A DNA stretch of 64,000 nt from Escherichia coli (lineage in GTDB: Bacteria; Pseudomonadota; Gammaproteobacteria; Enterobacterales; Enterobacteriaceae): the NCBI RefSeq assembly GCF_016903815.1, contig NZ_CP069973.1. One strand, given 5' to 3'. A program made the position numbers and the translations under genes. Each line of letters opens with the position of its first letter. The first letter of the stretch is position 1. Positions 57,887 to 64,000 of the stretch are shown here, one piece after another. Below the pieces are notes generated by a model that had not been told where the DNA came from, searched no databases, and saw only the letters and a program-made list of their open reading frames with translations.

Positions 57887-58915
57887 TTACTGCTGGCGTA
57901 GCTGGAGATCCAGCGGCGTTTTGCTGGGTTCGCCGCCAATTTCTCGCGCCAGTTTAGGCACCAGATATCCCGACACCAGTGTCAGCAACTCACGCATAAT
58001 CTGCCGTGCTTCGTCATCACTCACCATAAAATGCGCCGCGCCCTGTACTTTATCGAGCACATGCAGGTAATACGGCATCACGCCGGCATCGAACAACGCA
58101 TTACTCAGGTTTGCCAGCGTTTGTGCGTTATCGTTCACGCCACGTAACAGAACGCTCTGGTTGAGCAAAGTAACGCCTACCCGGCGCAACTTAGCCATCG
58201 CCTGACGGAATGTTTCATCTATCTCATTGGCATGGTTGATGTGATTCACCAGCAAGATTTGCAGCGTAGAATGTGAAAAGCGTTCAACCAGCGCATCTGT
58301 GATGCGTGCCGGGATCACAATCGGCAGACGGCTGTGAATCCGCAGACGTTTGATATGCGGGATGGCTTCCAGTTGTGTGAGCAACCAGTCCAGCTCGTGA
58401 TCTTTCGCCATCAGCGGATCGCCGCCGGAGAAAATCATCTCGTCCAGTTCCGGATGCGCAGCAACATACTCAAGTGCAGTCTGCCAGTTACGCTTGTTGC
58501 CCTGATTTTCGGCATAGGGGAAGTGGCGACGGAAGCAATAGCGGCAATTTACCGCGCAGCCGCCTTTGACCAGCAAAAGCGCCCGGTTGTGGTATTTATG
58601 CAACAAACCTGGCACTACGCTGTGCTGTTCTTCCAGCGGGTCGGTGGAGAATCCGGGCGCGACGACAAACTCATCTTGCGAGGTAATTACCTGACGCAAA
58701 AGCGGATCGTTCGGATTGCCTTTCTCCATGCGATCGATAAATGAGCGGGGCACACGCAGGGCAAACAGCTTTTTGGCGCTGCATCCGGCCAACAGTTTTT
58801 CGTCCGCGTCTATATTCAAAAGACGCAGAAGTTCATCAGGATCGGTCACAACATCGGCAAGTTGCGTTAACCAATCTTCTCTGGATGGGGTATTTAGGGT
58901 TACAATATGCGCCAT
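57887..58915 (-). CDS. epmB: EF-P beta-lysylation enzyme EpmB (lysine 2,3-aminomutase family, radical SAM)
   Basis: 342 aa; CAVNCRYCFRR radical SAM motif. Confidence 0.9.
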   Translation of the reverse strand: MAHIVTLNTPSREDWLTQLADVVTDPDELLRLLNIDADEKLLAGCSAKKLFALRVPRSFIDRMEKGNPNDPLLRQVITSQDEFVVAPGFSTDPLEEQHSVVPGLLHKYHNRALLLVKGGCAVNCRYCFRRHFPYAENQGNKRNWQTALEYVAAHPELDEMIFSGGDPLMAKDHELDWLLTQLEAIPHIKRLRIHSRLPIVIPARITDALVERFSHSTLQILLVNHINHANEIDETFRQAMAKLRRVGVTLLNQSVLLRGVNDNAQTLANLSNALFDAGVMPYYLHVLDKVQGAAHFMVSDDEARQIMRELLTLVSGYLVPKLAREIGGEPSKTPLDLQLRQQ

Positions 58916-58956
58916 TTTGTGGCTTAGCTACCAATTAACAAATTTCAGAGGGCCTT

Positions 58957-59523
58957 ATGGCAACGTACTATAGCAACGATTTTCGTGCTGGTCTTAAAAT
59001 CATGTTAGACGGCGAACCTTACGCGGTTGAAGCGAGTGAATTCGTAAAACCGGGTAAAGGCCAGGCATTTGCTCGCGTTAAACTGCGTCGTCTGCTGACC
59101 GGTACTCGCGTAGAAAAAACCTTCAAATCTACTGATTCCGCTGAAGGTGCTGATGTTGTCGATATGAACCTGACTTACCTGTACAACGACGGTGAGTTCT
59201 GGCACTTCATGAACAACGAAACTTTCGAGCAGCTGTCTGCTGATGCAAAAGCAATTGGCGACAACGCCAAATGGTTGCTGGATCAGGCAGAGTGTATCGT
59301 AACTCTGTGGAATGGTCAGCCGATCTCCGTTACTCCGCCGAACTTCGTTGAACTGGAAATCGTGGATACCGATCCGGGCCTGAAAGGTGATACCGCAGGT
59401 ACTGGCGGCAAACCGGCTACCCTGTCTACTGGCGCTGTGGTTAAAGTTCCGCTGTTTGTACAAATCGGCGAAGTCATCAAAGTGGATACCCGCTCTGGTG
59501 AATACGTCTCTCGCGTGAAGTAA
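58957..59523 (+). CDS. efp: Elongation factor P
   Basis: 188 aa [42 protein letters not shown]. Confidence 0.95.
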
Positions 59524-59574
59524 TGCGGTTGTGGTGCGGCCTGCAGGCTGCACCATCACTTATTCAGGTCAGAG

Positions 59575-59700
59575 ATGATGAAACGCCTTATCGTTCTTGT
59601 TTTGCTTGCCAGTGCGCTGCTCACGGGCTGTAACACCGCTCGCGGTTTTGGTGAAGACATTAAACATCTCGGTAATTCCATCTCCCGCGCTGCCAGCTAA
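59575..59700 (+). CDS. ecnA: Entericidin A lipoprotein
   Basis: 41 aa MMKRLIVLVLLASALLTGCNTARGFGEDIKHLGNSISRAAS. Confidence 0.8.
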   Translation: MMKRLIVLVLLASALLTGCNTARGFGEDIKHLGNSISRAAS

Positions 59701-59810
59701 TTTTTCTTCTCTTCCGAAAAATCATCAGATTTCCATCATTTTTGGTGATGTTGTCTATTATTAATTTGCTATAGGCAAACATAAATAACATTACCTAAAA
59801 GGAAGACGTT

Positions 59811-59957
59811 ATGGTGAAGAAGACAATTGCAGCGATCTTTTCTGTTCTGGTGCTTTCAACAGTATTAACTGCCTGCAACACCACGCGTGGCGTTGGTGAA
59901 GACATTTCTGATGGCGGTAACGCGATTTCTGGCGCAGCAACGAAAGCGCAGCAGTAA
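59811..59957 (+). CDS. ecnB: Entericidin B lipoprotein
   Basis: 48 aa [48 protein letters not shown]. Confidence 0.8.
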
Positions 59958-59962
59958 GCAAT

Positions 59963-59996
59963 AACGGTACGACAGTTATGTCGTGCCGTTTGTTGT
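59963..59996 (+). terminator. ecnB terminator hairpin
   Basis: CGGTACGACA-GTTA-TGTCGTGCCG followed by TTTGTTGT. Confidence 0.5.
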
Positions 59997-59997
59997 G

Positions 59998-60710
59998 CAC
60001 AGAAAACCCCCAGCTAGGCTGGGGGTTCCGGAAAGCTTTCAGCTTTGAGCCAGTTATTAAAACCCCTTTTGATTTGTTAAAACACCTTGCGGTCTGGCAA
60101 CTGCAAGTGTCAAACAAGAAATCAAAAGGGGGTCCCAATGGGGAACGAAAAGAGCTTAGCGCACACCCGATGGAACTGTAAATATCACATAGTTTTTGCG
60201 CCAAAATACCGAAGACAGGTGTTCTACAGAGAGAAGCGTAGAGCAATAGGCAGTATTTTGAGAAAGCTGTGTGAGTGGAAAAGCGTACGGATTCTGGAAG
60301 CTGAATGCTGTGCAGATCATATCCATATGCTTGTGGAGATCCCGCCCAAAATGAGCGTATCCGGGTTTATGGGATATCTGAAAGGGAAAAGCAGTCTGAT
60401 GCTTTACGAGCAGTTTGGTGATTTGAAATTCAAATACAGGAACAGGGAGTTCTGGTGCAGAGGGTACTACGTCGATACAGTGGGTAAGAACACGGCGAAG
60501 ATACAGGATTACATAAAGCACCAGCTTGAAGAGGATAAAATGGGAGAGCAGTTATCGATTCCCTATCCGGGCAGCCCGTTTACGGGCCGTAAGTAACGAA
60601 GTTGGATGCAAATGTCAGATCGTGTGCGCCTGTTAGGGCGCGGCTGGTAAGAGAGCCTTATAGGCGCATTTGAAAAACCTCCGGCTATGCCGGAGGATAT
60701 TTATTTTTTT
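59998..60710 (+). mobile_element. IS200-like element (IS200/IS605 family), ends approximate
   Basis: 5' hairpin CCCCCAGC-TAGG-GCTGGGGG; Y1 transposase gene; 3' hairpin CCTCCGGC-TAT-GCCGGAGG plus T-run. Confidence 0.65.
60138..60596 (+). CDS. tnpA: IS200 TnpA (HUH/Y1 transposase)
   Basis: 152 aa MGNEKSLAHTRWNCKYHIVFAPKYRRQVFY ... HIHMLVEIPP (HUH motif). Confidence 0.9.
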   Translation: MGNEKSLAHTRWNCKYHIVFAPKYRRQVFYREKRRAIGSILRKLCEWKSVRILEAECCADHIHMLVEIPPKMSVSGFMGYLKGKSSLMLYEQFGDLKFKYRNREFWCRGYYVDTVGKNTAKIQDYIKHQLEEDKMGEQLSIPYPGSPFTGRK

Positions 60711-60778
60711 GCGATAGTCACAAAGGTAATAGTTGAAATTCCCCTGCCACCTGGCAAAATATCCGTTCAACCATCAGC

Positions 60779-60826
60779 TTTGCAGGACGACCTGCAAACG
60801 CCTCTTTTCACCGGGGACGGCCCCAA
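60779..60826 (+). ncRNA. Guanidine-II riboswitch (mini-ykkC) in the gdx leader
   Basis: Two hairpins with ACGR loops: TTGCAGG-ACGA-CCTGCAA and GGGG-ACGG-CCCC, 14-nt linker, second hairpin about 8 nt from the GGAG Shine-Dalgarno. Confidence 0.7.
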
Positions 60827-60842
60827 TTCTCCGGAGCCTGAT

Positions 60843-61160
60843 ATGTCCTGGATTATCTTAGTTATTGCTGGTCTGCTGGAAGTGGTATGGGCCGTTGGCC
60901 TGAAATATACCCACGGCTTTAGTCGTTTGACGCCAAGTGTTATTACCGTGACGGCGATGATTGTCAGTATGGCGCTACTTGCCTGGGCGATGAAATCGTT
61001 ACCAGTAGGGACGGCTTATGCCGTGTGGACGGGTATTGGCGCAGTCGGCGCGGCCATCACCGGCATTGTGCTGCTCGGCGAGTCCGCTAACCCGATGCGC
61101 CTGGCGAGTCTGGCGTTAATCGTATTGGGGATTATTGGTCTGAAACTCAGCACTCACTAA
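60843..61160 (+). CDS. gdx: SMR-family guanidinium exporter Gdx (SugE)
   Basis: 105 aa [26 protein letters not shown]. Confidence 0.9.
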   Translation: MSWIILVIAGLLEVVWAVGLKYTHGFSRLTPSVITVTAMIVSMALLAWAMKSLPVGTAYAVWTGIGAVGAAITGIVLLGESANPMRLASLALIVLGIIGLKLSTH

Positions 61161-61690
61161 CTACCGGGCTGCTGTACCCAAATAAACTTACTGACATCAA
61201 ACCCTTCCTGGGTCGCGACTGCCAGCATCTCCTGTTTCACTTCGTCAGAAATGGTTGGTGTGCGGGAGAGTATCCACAGGTAGTCGCGGTCCGGGCCGCA
61301 AACCAGCGCATGGCGGTATTCCCGATCGAGTGCAATAACGTTATAACCGCCATAGAAAGGACCAAAGAATGACACTTTCAGCGCAGCGCGAGTTGGTGCG
61401 CCGGTAAAGTACGCTTTCCCTTCACTCTGCTGCCACATTTCTCTGTCAGGGTTATAGCCTTTATTAATGACATTCAGGCCGCCGTCATCCCGCAGGCTGT
61501 ATGTTGCGGTGACTTTTTCCAGTCCACGTTCAAAGCGGTGATCAAAACGGGCAATCTCATACCAGGTACCGAGATAGCGTTTAGCATCGAAATTATTCAC
61601 TACGGTCACGCCACGGGGCGGCGTAGGAGAACTGCAGGCAACGACCAGAAATGCAGCTGTCGCTGCGGCAACGAGAGGGAGCAGGCGCAT
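61157..61690 (-). CDS. blc: Outer membrane lipocalin Blc
   Basis: 177 aa [21 protein letters not shown] (lipobox); overlaps gdx stop. Confidence 0.9.
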   Translation of the reverse strand: MRLLPLVAAATAAFLVVACSSPTPPRGVTVVNNFDAKRYLGTWYEIARFDHRFERGLEKVTATYSLRDDGGLNVINKGYNPDREMWQQSEGKAYFTGAPTRAALKVSFFGPFYGGYNVIALDREYRHALVCGPDRDYLWILSRTPTISDEVKQEMLAVATQEGFDVSKFIWVQQPGS

Positions 61691-61777
61691 AAATGTTTCC
61701 TTACTGGTTTTTTCTAAGTGTAGATGACAGCAAGGAAAAGCGCAGAAAAGGTCCGAAAATTCGGACCCGATGAAATT

Positions 61778-63333
<1,556 letters not shown>

Positions 63334-63343
63334 CTCAGGCTCC

Positions 63344-64000
<657 letters not shown>

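Overview
This window looks like an Escherichia coli chromosome segment: about 46 kb of accessory DNA integrated at tRNA-Phe (pheU), then conserved core genes. All calls are from reading the sequence and ORF track by eye; no searches were run, and hand-counted coordinates may be off by 1-2 nt. The accessory part (1-46122) holds: a partial group II intron whose RT has two in-frame stops; a glycyl-radical-enzyme microcompartment locus (1820-15846); an orphan NERD-nuclease/SF1-helicase gene (18358-20145); an IS2 copy with 5-bp target duplication; an IbrA/IbrB-like (DndC/DndB-like) pair; a second group II intron inside a truncated IS3-family transposase gene; nested IS30/IS911 scars; a decarboxylase flanked by two paralogous antiporters and bracketed by IS1 copies; an inverted IS1 pair around a MarR-family regulator; and a P4-type integrase next to pheU. 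The core part (46123-64000) is syntenic with E. coli K-12 (yjdC to frdB), plus an IS200 copy between ecnB and the guanidine-II riboswitch of gdx. No CRISPR array or rRNA was seen. The strongest candidates for something undescribed are the NERD-helicase gene, the IbrAB-like pair and the IS1-bracketed decarboxylase/antiporter module.
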